Shown: positions 29,993 to 38,709 of the stretch, piece by piece
How positions within the stretch are numbered: position 1 is the stretch's first letter
Layout of the letters: every line of letters begins with the position of its first letter
Virus record (IMG/VR): IMGVR_UViG_3300044997_000693
Span: 7,242-71,241 of that record
Direction: 5' to 3' (one strand)
Source of the DNA: a virus
Length of the DNA: 64,000 nucleotides
Program-made: the position numbers and the translations under genes
The notes under the pieces: model-generated
Told to the model about the DNA's origin: nothing
The model's database searches: none
Seen by the model: only the letters and a program-made list of their open reading frames with translations

Positions 29993-30634
29993 ATGAGTAT
30001 AAAAAATTATCTAGTACGAAGTTTATACCGAGTCAACACCCGGGTCGCAGGAATAAAACCGTCTGACTATACTGCATATAAAAAAATGCATGAATTAACT
30101 CTCACCAGTTTAAAAAAATACATCGGTGGCGAATGGGAGCTGGTGTTGTTTGAAGGCGAAGTAGACAAAGGTCAACAAATGATGAAAGATGTTTTTATAA
30201 AAACTCATCGCTTGTGGTCGCAAGAACCATGCAATATACTTTTTGTTGACATGGACATTTTAGCGTGTGGACCGATTGATTTTTTTAATCAATATAAACA
30301 TTTTACCATGTTTGCAAAAATAAGAGAAGACTTTTACAACTGCGGTTTGCGTTATTTCCCCCACACCATGGATCCGGCACTTTGGGATATAGGGTTTGAA
30401 TTATATAAAGATTGGAACGACGATGCAGAATGGGATCGTGACCAACTTGTTTATTCTAAAATGCTTTGTAGTCAAAATGATTTTGTTTTTACTCAAATAC
30501 CAATAAATGTCTGGTTTGAGACATTTGAGTTCCATCCCGAGTTTCTTACTCAATATAAATTATTGCATTTTCACAGTGCCAAAGGACCCAGACCGGTTTT
30601 TGCATTGATTAAAAAATATTCAACCGGCGTTTGA
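29993..30634 (+). CDS. GT-A-like hypothetical protein (paralog of 17044)
   Basis: KNYLV, EPCNILFVDMD (DxD), NCGLRYFP..MD, HFHS. Confidence 0.6.
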   Translation: MSIKNYLVRSLYRVNTRVAGIKPSDYTAYKKMHELTLTSLKKYIGGEWELVLFEGEVDKGQQMMKDVFIKTHRLWSQEPCNILFVDMDILACGPIDFFNQYKHFTMFAKIREDFYNCGLRYFPHTMDPALWDIGFELYKDWNDDAEWDRDQLVYSKMLCSQNDFVFTQIPINVWFETFEFHPEFLTQYKLLHFHSAKGPRPVFALIKKYSTGV

Positions 30635-30648
30635 GCAGCAGGTCGCTG

Positions 30649-31347
30649 TTAAATTTTAGATAAAAACATATCTGCAATGCGTTGGTGTGTTTTTTCACCA
30701 TAGTGTTGTAAATCTCTAGCTTTGTCACGTACATGAATATTCGCTGCTTGTCGTTGAATGTATTTGATGCCGCGCTCGCTGCATAGTTGTTTGATAGCTA
30801 GAGTATTTTTCAAATAGTTCATATCACTGTTGGAATCATTACTGTGCCAGTGTCGCATGAAATCGTTGACCATTGGAAAAGCATGAGGCCAAACACTGAG
30901 ATCAAATATCTCATTGTCGCCTGTGTGCAATTCAAATCTGGTTTTCTCTGGAGATAAAAAAAGTACCAAACTTGGTTTCAGTTGTTCAATCCAATAGTAT
31001 GCCAGTCGAAACGCAGTATCATTAGAAGATCCACCGACTGAAATATTGTAATTTTTAAGATTTAGTGAAGTACTAACTATATGTGCCCAGGTCGATTCGA
31101 CCGGCAATCCCACACCCAGTGTATGACTACATCCAACAAACAGTATATTTGACCCGGGCGAATCAAACTCATCTGCACGGAATCCGTGGCTGTTAAATTT
31201 GTATTTGATGGGTCGATCAACCCAGTTATATCTCTCTAGTTCTACTAGATTTGTTTTTAGGTTTTTTTGATACCGGTGTTCTGAGTCCGTTCCGTTCCAA
31301 TCGAATTCTTGATTGGCCAAAGCTAAATTGGAGTGCCTAGGTATCAT
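30649..31347 (-). CDS. SGNH-like protein
   Basis: NSHGFR, GCSHT.GVG, GSSND, ARDLQHYG. Confidence 0.65.
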   Translation of the reverse strand: MIPRHSNLALANQEFDWNGTDSEHRYQKNLKTNLVELERYNWVDRPIKYKFNSHGFRADEFDSPGSNILFVGCSHTLGVGLPVESTWAHIVSTSLNLKNYNISVGGSSNDTAFRLAYYWIEQLKPSLVLFLSPEKTRFELHTGDNEIFDLSVWPHAFPMVNDFMRHWHSNDSNSDMNYLKNTLAIKQLCSERGIKYIQRQAANIHVRDKARDLQHYGEKTHQRIADMFLSKI

Positions 31348-31354
31348 GGATTAT

Positions 31355-32365
31355 TTAACCGGTCACAGCCAGCTGCAGCACCTGCTTGATGGGATTCATC
31401 CAGTCAGTTGACAAAAAATGCTGTTGATTGTGTGTCAACACCGACTGTAATTTCAGCATAACTGACGCAGGGTCCAACTCACACAGTTGTTCGACCTGCT
31501 GCCAGGCCAGCGTAAAACGTTCATGTTCGTCTTCGATCACATCATAGCTTTCGTCAATTACAGCATCAAAAGTTTGAAAGCCCAGACTACGCAGATTCCG
31601 TAAAAAATACTGCCCGGTAAACGCCACAAAAGGTCTACCAGCTACAAAAGTTTTGGCAGTTTTTTCAGTGAAGTGACTGTACTGGTTGGTGCACAGTGTT
31701 TCAGCCACTATGCTATAAAAGGTTTTGTTGTAGATTTCGACCGGCAATAGCGCACTGATCCAGGCCGATCTTCCATGTATGTCTACCCGAACTTGATGTG
31801 TGGTGGTTTGGGCTCGATCAACATTGCAAGACCAAATACCTTGATTGACTTGATTTTTAAAGTAACTGTAGATAAAGCAGTCCTGATATGCACTGGAGTT
31901 GTACAATCTCTCAATTTGATTTCTGTGTGATTTGCTTGTGCCCAACAAGCAATCAAATCTTTTTGGTCGATCCAGCCCTAAATACAGTTGTGATTGTAAT
32001 TTTTTTGCCCACACCTGGGTTGCATAGTAGTTGTCAGGTTGACCAAACCAACTGACAAGTGGAAACAGATTGGCTGCAGCAAAGTTGGCAACCGTTGGTG
32101 AAAAAATTATAATTCTAGTGTCACTGTGTGCGCTGACAAATTGATAAAAATCTCCAACAGGCTCTTCAATTATTACCAGCAATTGTCGAGTTTTCATTAA
32201 TAATTTTTCAATCACACGGGCATGTGCTGAATAATCACAATCAAAAAATGCTATCGAAATCAAATCACAATCATTGGGTATTTGATCAATTTGTTGATAT
32301 TGGTTATATGCTGTCAGGGGTGGTGTAACTGCATGATAAGAAAACTGATCTAAAAAAATTTTCAT
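31355..32365 (-). CDS. glycosyltransferase-like protein (ET..TEKT family)
   Basis: SIVAET..FTEKTAK..PF..LR.LGFQTF..IDESYD. Confidence 0.55.
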   Translation of the reverse strand: MKIFLDQFSYHAVTPPLTAYNQYQQIDQIPNDCDLISIAFFDCDYSAHARVIEKLLMKTRQLLVIIEEPVGDFYQFVSAHSDTRIIIFSPTVANFAAANLFPLVSWFGQPDNYYATQVWAKKLQSQLYLGLDRPKRFDCLLGTSKSHRNQIERLYNSSAYQDCFIYSYFKNQVNQGIWSCNVDRAQTTTHQVRVDIHGRSAWISALLPVEIYNKTFYSIVAETLCTNQYSHFTEKTAKTFVAGRPFVAFTGQYFLRNLRSLGFQTFDAVIDESYDVIEDEHERFTLAWQQVEQLCELDPASVMLKLQSVLTHNQQHFLSTDWMNPIKQVLQLAVTG

Positions 32366-32472
32366 ACTGTTTTTAAATAGTTCATGCTGTGGTGGATGTC
32401 ACCGCATATTTATACCAGCTTGACAATCATGATTTTTTAGTGTAAAATACACATTTACACTAGGAGACCCCA

Positions 32473-32715
32473 ATGAAACCAATTACCAACAGTCGCGGCG
32501 ACCAGATTAATCTTGAAAAATGTGTCATCAATGCCGGCAATCGTTATGACCTGATTATTGCTGCATCACAACGACTGCGCGAACTCAAACGCCGGGCTCA
32601 AGAAACCGGGGCATATGTCACCGCAGTCGATGCTTTGTTGGAACTGCAACAGGGCCGAGTTGACGTGCCGCAATATCTAGCCAAGGTAAAAACACCACAA
32701 CGAAAAAGACCTTGA
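32473..32715 (+). CDS. rpoZ: RNA polymerase omega subunit homolog
   Basis: GNRYDLIIAASQRLREL..V.ALLEL..G; AGGAG SD; TTGACA-17-TAAAAT promoter. Confidence 0.75.
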   Translation: MKPITNSRGDQINLEKCVINAGNRYDLIIAASQRLRELKRRAQETGAYVTAVDALLELQQGRVDVPQYLAKVKTPQRKRP

Positions 32716-32721
32716 CAAATA

Positions 32722-33153
32722 CTATTTGTAAAGGTAATTGACGGTGTCGGTATTTTCTCTCAATTCTCTAGCACCGTTTTTCAAATGAAAGCGACGAGCC
32801 ATTTCAGTCTTGGGACTCAAAGTCACATAGGTTTGAATTTCAGGAAACTCTGCTTCAATTGACCGTTGAGCAGACACGATAAGTTCTCGCCCGGCACCGG
32901 CTGCGTAGCTCCAGATGGTATAAAACACCGCAGTTGTTGCGTGACTGATTGATGTGACCAGATCATCCACTGCCGAAGGAACTGTTTCTAAAAATTTAAC
33001 ACAGGTAACGGCCAATGTACGATTGCCATCCTTCAACAGGTAGATTCGACTGTTTGAGTTCACACGGTCCGACAAGGGTATTTCTGGTCGTACAGGATCG
33101 TCCTTGACAAGGGCCTCGAGATCGTCTGAAATGGAAGTAATTGTGTGTAACAT
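32722..33153 (-). CDS. GNAT-fold protein resembling malonyl-CoA decarboxylase C-domain
   Basis: AVFYTIWS..GAGRELI..FPEIQTYVTLSP. Confidence 0.55.
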   Translation of the reverse strand: MLHTITSISDDLEALVKDDPVRPEIPLSDRVNSNSRIYLLKDGNRTLAVTCVKFLETVPSAVDDLVTSISHATTAVFYTIWSYAAGAGRELIVSAQRSIEAEFPEIQTYVTLSPKTEMARRFHLKNGARELRENTDTVNYLYK

Positions 33154-33229
33154 TATATACGCCGTTAATGTTGTTGATAAAATTATTTATCAAAGTCCGT
33201 GGATTGGTATAAATTATAGTGTTGATACT

Positions 33230-33319
33230 GGAGAGTTGGGTGAGCGGCTGAAACCAACGGTCTACTAAACCGTCATAGTGGCGACATTATCGTGGGTTCG
33301 AATCCCACACTCTCCGCCA
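33230..33319 (+). tRNA. tRNA-Ser body with ACT anticodon
   Basis: GGAGAGT/ACTCTCC-G-CCA, long variable arm, ACGGT-CTACTAA-ACCGT. Confidence 0.9.
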
Positions 33320-33333
33320 AGCTATAACAATTG

Positions 33334-33810
33334 ATGAAACCATTTGATATTGAAGCAGTAAACAGCTTCATACAAGCACAGAGCAAAGAAACTAGAATCT
33401 ATATCGGTGTTGATTCCGAGCGTGTGAGAGAAAACAACACCTGGTATGCTGTGTACACTGCCGCTGTTGTGGTTCACATAGACGGTAAACATGGTTGTCG
33501 CTTGTTCGGCGAAGTCACCAAAGAACGTGACTGGGATCAACGGGCCGATCGCCCCAATACCCGACTCATGAACGAAGTGTACAAGGTATCTGAACTGTAC
33601 CTGCGCTTGGCTAGTGTGCTGGAGGATCGACTGGTAGAAGTGCATCTGGACATCAATTCGGCCGATAAACATGTCAGTTCTAATGTGGTGGCTCAGGCCA
33701 TTGGCTATATTCGTGGCACCTGCAACATCACGCCCAAAATCAAACCCGAAGCCTTTGCAGCCACCAACGCAGCAGATCGCTTGAGAAACCTAAAAATAGC
33801 CAACGAGTAA
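33334..33810 (+). CDS. RNase H-like protein (YkuK/DUF458-like)
   Basis: IYIGVDS, RLMNEV, EVHLDIN, IKPEAFAAT.AAD. Confidence 0.8.
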   Translation: MKPFDIEAVNSFIQAQSKETRIYIGVDSERVRENNTWYAVYTAAVVVHIDGKHGCRLFGEVTKERDWDQRADRPNTRLMNEVYKVSELYLRLASVLEDRLVEVHLDINSADKHVSSNVVAQAIGYIRGTCNITPKIKPEAFAATNAADRLRNLKIANE

Positions 33811-33845
33811 ATACATGACCGTGTATTAATCAGGAATACAAAGGA

Positions 33846-33866
33846 AGGGCCTTCGGGCCCTTTGTT
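33846..33866 (+). terminator. intrinsic terminator
   Basis: AGGGCC-TTCG-GGCCCT-TTGTT. Confidence 0.8.
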
Positions 33867-33941
33867 ATTGAAAAAACCTACAAGCGTTATTAAAATAATT
33901 ATCGAAAAATCTATTGATTTTGGGTTTTAATAGTGTATAAT
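33867..33941 (+). promoter_or_regulatory. ahpC promoter with OxyR-like tetranucleotide array
   Basis: ATTG-N7-CTAC-N7-ATTA..ATCG-N6-CTAT next to TTGATT; TG-preceded TATAAT. Confidence 0.5.
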
Positions 33942-33992
33942 ATACACATACAACGAGGAGTTGTTGGTTTTCAACACACAAAGGAGAATCAA

Positions 33993-34541
33993 ATGAAAAC
34001 AGTTGGTGATAAATTAGAAAAATTTGCTGTTACTGGCGTTAAGCCCGGACAACCAGAAGATGCTTTCTTCGACATTACAGATGAGAGCTTTGCTGGCAAG
34101 TGGAAAGTTATCGTTTACTATCCAAAAGATTTCACGTTTGTTTGCCCCACAGAGATCGTAGCCTATGACAAATTGGCACAGGACTTTGAAGATCGTGATG
34201 CTGTATTGCTCACAGGTTCAACAGACAATGAATTCTGTAAAGTTGCATGGCAAAAGGCACACCCAGATCTACAAAAGATCACTCACACACAATTTGCTGA
34301 CACGCAGCGTGGTGAGTCAAGTTTGATTGAACAACTTGGTGTATTCTACGCTCCAGCAGGTGCAGCATTACGTGCTACATTCATCGTTGACCCAGACAAC
34401 GTTATCCAACATGTTACTGTAAACAACTTGAACGTTGGTCGTAGCCCAGAAGAAACACTTCGTGTTCTTGATTCGATTCAGTCGGGAGAACTTTGTGCCT
34501 GTAATCGCCAAATCGGTGGCGAAACATTAGGTAAGGTTTAA
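33993..34541 (+). CDS. ahpC: peroxiredoxin
   Basis: YPKDFTFVCPTE, LRATFIVDP, VGRS..E.LR, LCACN; AAGGAG SD. Confidence 0.95.
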   Translation: MKTVGDKLEKFAVTGVKPGQPEDAFFDITDESFAGKWKVIVYYPKDFTFVCPTEIVAYDKLAQDFEDRDAVLLTGSTDNEFCKVAWQKAHPDLQKITHTQFADTQRGESSLIEQLGVFYAPAGAALRATFIVDPDNVIQHVTVNNLNVGRSPEETLRVLDSIQSGELCACNRQIGGETLGKV

Positions 34542-35447
34542 ATGGAGGAGTTGGTGATAAATAATAGTGTAGTTCGCGGGGCTGGAACCCCCAACTACTC
34601 TAATGCTTACAAGGAGCAATCAGCAATAATATTTATCGCCAACCGATATACTTTCATCTACTTTTCTATAATAGAGAACGCAAGATTAAGAGTATTACCA
34701 AAAGACCAATACAAAGAAACACACCATATTATTCCTCGTTCGATGGGCGGGGATGATTCTTCTGACAATCTAGTAGACCTAACAGCCAAGGAACATTTTA
34801 TCTGCCATAAACTTTTAGTAAGAATGACGTCAGGCGAATCTAAAGGTAAGATGGCATTTGCGGTAGTGTTAATGTCCGGCAAGAGAAGTAGTAGAATATA
34901 TTCTTCTACTAAAAAACTTTTAGCAGAACGAATGAGTGAATTACATACAGGAAAGATTCCTATCACCGACGGTGTAGTCGATAAAACTATATTCAAAGGC
35001 GAGTCTTTACCAGACGGATTTTACCAAGGATTCTCTCCTGCTACTATTAAAAAGCACGGAGATGGAAACAAAGGTAAAAAATGGATCACTAACGGCGTTG
35101 TATCATATCAAATAAAAGATGATATATTGCCAGAAGGTTTCTATTGGGGGCAAGCAGAATACCATAAGAAAAAGAATAGTGAGGCATTGAGTGGTGAAGG
35201 AAATCCAATGTTTGGAAAGTTAGGCAAACATCATCCAGCATTCGGAAACAAGCACACAGAAGAAATGTTAAAACATCTTTCTCTTTCTAAACAAGGAAGT
35301 AAGAATCCTATGTATGGTAAACTACCCCATAATGCTAAATCCATTGAAGTGAATGGTGTTTTATATAAATCTGTTAAAGAAGCAAGAGAGAAAACAGGAT
35401 TGTCAAGAGGAAAAATAGAAAAACTTTACAAAGGAATAATATCATGA
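34542..35447 (+). CDS. free-standing HNH homing endonuclease with NUMOD-like repeats; start uncertain
   Basis: ETHHIIPRSMGG.D..NLV.LT.KEHFICHKLL, WITNG, GNPMFG, KHTEE; AT-rich, between ahpC and ahpD. Confidence 0.85.
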   Translation: MEELVINNSVVRGAGTPNYSNAYKEQSAIIFIANRYTFIYFSIIENARLRVLPKDQYKETHHIIPRSMGGDDSSDNLVDLTAKEHFICHKLLVRMTSGESKGKMAFAVVLMSGKRSSRIYSSTKKLLAERMSELHTGKIPITDGVVDKTIFKGESLPDGFYQGFSPATIKKHGDGNKGKKWITNGVVSYQIKDDILPEGFYWGQAEYHKKKNSEALSGEGNPMFGKLGKHHPAFGNKHTEEMLKHLSLSKQGSKNPMYGKLPHNAKSIEVNGVLYKSVKEAREKTGLSRGKIEKLYKGIIS

Positions 35448-35962
35448 GTTGGGTTGATCAAATCAAAGAAGCGTTACCAGAATACGCAAAAGATATTAAG
35501 TTGAATTTAGATTCAGTTATTAAAAGAAGTACTCTACCAGATGAAGTTGCCAACGCCTGTGCGTTAGCGGCAGCATTTGCTACAGGGAACGGTAAATTAG
35601 TTACATTTGTAAGTAGTAACTTTACAGAGGATCAAGCCGTTGTTCGTGATGCTGCACTATCGGCGGCCAGTCTGATGGCAATGACAAACAGTTGGTATCC
35701 ATATGTTGAAATGACAGAGGACCCCAATCTAAAAGGATTGCCTGCCCAACTCAGAATGAATGTTATCGCAAGTCATGGCGGAACTACCAAGACAAACTTT
35801 GAAGCATTCAGCCTTGCCGCAAGTATTGTTGGCAAATGCCATTTCTGCGTGAAAGCCCATTACGATGGACTGAAGGCATTGGGCTATACTGTTGAGCAGT
35901 TGAGAGACATTGGTAGAATCGCGGCTGTGATGAACAGTGTAGCGAAAGTGCTAAATAGCTAA
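35444..35962 (+). CDS. ahpD: alkylhydroperoxidase AhpD
   Basis: LPEYAKDIKLNL, LRMN, SIVGKCHFCVKAH. Confidence 0.93.
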   Translation: MSWVDQIKEALPEYAKDIKLNLDSVIKRSTLPDEVANACALAAAFATGNGKLVTFVSSNFTEDQAVVRDAALSAASLMAMTNSWYPYVEMTEDPNLKGLPAQLRMNVIASHGGTTKTNFEAFSLAASIVGKCHFCVKAHYDGLKALGYTVEQLRDIGRIAAVMNSVAKVLNS

Positions 35963-36056
35963 ATATTCACGGGGAGTAGCCAACCTGAGAAGGTTCTGTG
36001 TATCGTCAACACGACGCAAGTCCGGTACACAGACTAAGAGGCAAGACCATTTTAAC
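35963..36056 (+). ncRNA. yybP-ykoY (Mn2+) riboswitch
   Basis: GGGGAGTAGCC..CTGTGTATC-GTCAACA..GGTACACAG..GGCAAGACC directly upstream of a TerC gene. Confidence 0.85.
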
Positions 36057-36073
36057 TTTAAAAAGGAACTAAA

Positions 36074-36748
36074 ATGGAATTACTCTCACTACAATTTTTA
36101 TGGGCTCTTGTAGCCATCATCTTAATAGATGTCGTTTTAGGCGGTGAAAACGCACTCGTCATAGCAATGGCATCAAAGCAACTACCAGAACACTTACGCA
36201 AACGTGCTATGATTTGGGGTACATTTGGGGCCGTAGGTGTTCGTTTTTTATGTGTAGCCACACTAACATACTTGTTAATGATACCCGGATTGAGACTAGT
36301 AGGCGGGTTAATGTTGATTTACATCGCGTGGAAATTGACATCAAATGAGCAAGATCACAGCAATGTAAAAACAGCCGCAACATTCTGGGGTGCTATGTGC
36401 ACGATCGTAATGGCCGATGCTGTTATGGGTCTAGACAATGCTTTAGCTATCGCAGGTGCTGCCGGAGGTAACTGGATTTTAATCATTACAGGATTATTAG
36501 TTAGTGTACCAATAATATTGTTTGGTAGCACTATGGTTGCTAAACTTATGGAGAAGTATCCGGGATCAATTTACCTTGGTGCTTTTGTTCTGTATTATGT
36601 GGCAGGTAACATGATTATACATGAACCTTTCGTTGATGCATGGATTGATCCTCTACATGATTTTGTAGAAAAGATCTTGCCATTGGTTGGTGCGTTGATA
36701 CTAACTGCCAAGCAATACTACAGGACAGAGATACGTAGAAAAAAATAA
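36074..36748 (+). CDS. TerC-family membrane protein
   Basis: IDVVLGGENALVIA, ADAVMGLDNALAIAGAA; multiple TM segments. Confidence 0.9.
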   Translation: MELLSLQFLWALVAIILIDVVLGGENALVIAMASKQLPEHLRKRAMIWGTFGAVGVRFLCVATLTYLLMIPGLRLVGGLMLIYIAWKLTSNEQDHSNVKTAATFWGAMCTIVMADAVMGLDNALAIAGAAGGNWILIITGLLVSVPIILFGSTMVAKLMEKYPGSIYLGAFVLYYVAGNMIIHEPFVDAWIDPLHDFVEKILPLVGALILTAKQYYRTEIRRKK

Positions 36749-36750
36749 TA

Positions 36751-36780
36751 AAAGCCCTACCTAGTGTAGGGTTTTCTTTT
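36751..36780 (+). terminator. intrinsic terminator
   Basis: AAAGCCCTAC/GTAGGGTTTT + T run. Confidence 0.75.
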
Positions 36781-36842
36781 ATCAAGGAACTGATCTCCTG
36801 TTGATGTTGCAAAAATGCCACATTGAGAGTTGTTTTCTTTGG

Positions 36843-36872
36843 TTGACCAAAATACATATTTTCGATTATAAT
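36843..36872 (+). promoter_or_regulatory. early-type promoter (GGTTGACC-A tract class)
   Basis: TTGACC-18-TATAAT. Confidence 0.65.
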
Positions 36873-36899
36873 ACTAGTATTGCAAAAAGGAGTTTTCAA

Positions 36900-37184
36900 A
36901 TGACTACGGCAATTTATCAAGCACTAACCGAGCAAGAAAAGCGTGAAGTTGGCATGTACGGTTGCACCCAAGCGCAGATGCGTGAAGCAGTGGAGCAGAG
37001 CATGACCTATCGCTTTTCGGGCCCGGCCATGATGGTTGCCAGCCTCATAAGCGACTGTCAAGAAATGGTGGCCTACGGTCCCTATGATGGCGACACCCTG
37101 GCCAATATCTTGGAAGATCAGCGTCAGTGCCTGAATCGTGCCAAGTGGATTTTATTTGAATATGTTATGGAAAACTCAAAATGA
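36900..37184 (+). CDS. hypothetical early protein
   Basis: AAGGAG SD. Confidence 0.75.
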   Translation: MTTAIYQALTEQEKREVGMYGCTQAQMREAVEQSMTYRFSGPAMMVASLISDCQEMVAYGPYDGDTLANILEDQRQCLNRAKWILFEYVMENSK

Positions 37185-37387
37185 ACAAAGCTCATGGTTC
37201 TCCTTATGATCGTGGTTCGGCCGATGCGTACTATCAGAGGCCGCCACGACCACACTATTACAACCGTTACATGTACGATAATCGTATCGAATCCGAACTG
37301 ATGACAGCACAGGAAATTACGGAATACAATTTGGGATATAATGAACAAGTGGCATCGGGTGATTTCAAAAATTGGGGCGATCTATGA
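37181..37387 (+). CDS. hypothetical protein
   Basis: HGSPYDRGSADAYY; ATGA coupling. Confidence 0.75.
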   Translation: MNKAHGSPYDRGSADAYYQRPPRPHYYNRYMYDNRIESELMTAQEITEYNLGYNEQVASGDFKNWGDL

Positions 37388-37569
37388 TTCAAGGATTCGA
37401 TCATGTGGGAACCGAGCACCGGTGCTCGGTATGCAGTTGTGAATTCACAGATGACCAAGGTGGGATACAGGGTTACTTTGGCATCATACCTGTGGCTTTT
37501 TGCCCCACTTGTTATTCATGCATGTATGACATGGTTCAACAAGACATAAAGTTTGGGGAACAAATATGA
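37384..37569 (+). CDS. small Zn-binding protein
   Basis: CSVC..CPTC. Confidence 0.7.
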   Translation: MIQGFDHVGTEHRCSVCSCEFTDDQGGIQGYFGIIPVAFCPTCYSCMYDMVQQDIKFGEQI

Positions 37570-37694
37570 TTCGCATTGTGCACAACAGGTTGCTGGGCGG
37601 TTGGTACATTGTGCGTGGCACACACCAGACCCCCATCAGTGGTAGATTTGATAGCAAAACAGCCGCACAGGCGTGGTTGAGGAGATCAGCATGA
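37566..37694 (+). CDS. small hypothetical protein (42 aa, not in ORF track)
   Basis: ATGA-coupled on both sides; MIRIVHNRLLGGWYIVRG. Confidence 0.65.
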   Translation: MIRIVHNRLLGGWYIVRGTHQTPISGRFDSKTAAQAWLRRSA

Positions 37695-37855
37695 GCGACA
37701 TGGAATATGACATCCAAGAACTGTTTATCGAAGGTTATACAGCCCAAGAAATTGCACAACAACTGGACTTGTCTGAGTTCACAGTGTGTGAGGTTTTGGC
37801 CAGCTTTGGTGTGAGCGTGGAGTATTTCAGCCCGTATGCCACAGTCAACAGTTGA
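37691..37855 (+). CDS. small HTH-like protein
   Basis: GGAG SD; GYTAQEIAQQLDLSEFTV. Confidence 0.65.
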   Translation: MSDMEYDIQELFIEGYTAQEIAQQLDLSEFTVCEVLASFGVSVEYFSPYATVNS

Positions 37856-37919
37856 CCGGTAATGCTTGTTCAAGGCATTTAAAATTCAGTGTCTGGTGTC
37901 GGTGATAAGTAAATGTGTT

Positions 37920-37993
37920 GCCCTTGTAGTTAAATGGTATAACAGTTGCCTTGTAAGCATCAATCGGTGGTTCGATTCCATCCTGGGGCACCA
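37920..37993 (+). tRNA. tRNA-Thr(TGT)
   Basis: GCCCTTG/CTGGGGC-A-CCA; loop CTTGTAA; GGTTCGATTCC; two T-T mismatches. Confidence 0.85.
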
Positions 37994-38000
37994 AAATTAT

Positions 38001-38033
38001 TCCCCAATAGCTCAGTCGGTAGAGTAGCAGACT
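38001..38033 (+). pseudogene. 5' half (positions 1-33) of an Asn-type tRNA
   Basis: TCCCCAA-TA-GCTC-AGTCGGTA-GAGT-A-GCAGA-CT then unrelated sequence. Confidence 0.8.
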
Positions 38034-38077
38034 TAGAGAGCAAGTTTTATATAAATAAACGTATGGAGGAATCTAAT

Positions 38078-38704
38078 ATGTTTATTTGTAAATACTGCGA
38101 CAAGGAATGTAAGAACAGTAATTCACTAAGGAATCACGAAAGATTATGTAAAAACAATCCAAATAGACAATTTACGCCTTTTCATTGTCAAAAGTTTCAG
38201 AATTCTTCTAGTAAGAGAGGAAATCAGTATACTAAAGCAAAGAAATTAGGTTTAGATATTCCGCAGATTAGTGATTCAACTAGAGAAAAACTCAAAAAAG
38301 CTTATTCTTCTAGAACAAGTGAGTGGCACAAAGAAAATGGGAAAAAGATTTCTGAAACGATTAATAAAAAAGTTAAAGAAGGAACATGGCATACTTCACT
38401 GGCAAAACATATGCACATTGAGTATAATGGCATTGATTTACACGGGTCGTGGGAGTTGGCTTATGCGAAATATCTTGATGCTAATAACATTCGTTGGATT
38501 AGAAATAAAGACTCATTTACTTATGTCTATGACGGTAAAGAAAGAAAATACACACCTGACTTTTATCTAATCGATTCAGATGAATATATAGAAATAAAAG
38601 GATACAAGACTAAAAAAGATGAAGCAAAATGGTCTCAATTTCCTAAACATAGAAAATTAATAATTCTAATGCGAAAAGAATTTAAAGATTTGAAATTAAT
38701 TTAA
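38078..38704 (+). CDS. PD-(D/E)XK endonuclease with C2H2-type Zn finger (homing-endonuclease-like)
   Basis: CKYC..H..C, SWE..Y, YTPDFYL..IEIKG; TATAAATA box and GGAGG SD; AT-rich. Confidence 0.85.
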   Translation: MFICKYCDKECKNSNSLRNHERLCKNNPNRQFTPFHCQKFQNSSSKRGNQYTKAKKLGLDIPQISDSTREKLKKAYSSRTSEWHKENGKKISETINKKVKEGTWHTSLAKHMHIEYNGIDLHGSWELAYAKYLDANNIRWIRNKDSFTYVYDGKERKYTPDFYLIDSDEYIEIKGYKTKKDEAKWSQFPKHRKLIILMRKEFKDLKLI

Positions 38705-38709
38705 TACAT

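Noticed and set aside
33262-33268. Amber suppressor (CTA) reading of the tRNA-Ser loop, or TAG recoding
   Set aside because: The 5-bp stem fixes the loop as CT-ACT-AA, and genes are uninterrupted in the standard code with TAG used as a stop (e.g. folE).
37946-38077. N-terminal extension of the nuclease ORF from the ORF track
   Set aside because: It runs through tRNA-Thr and the tRNA half; the SD-led ATG is at 38078.
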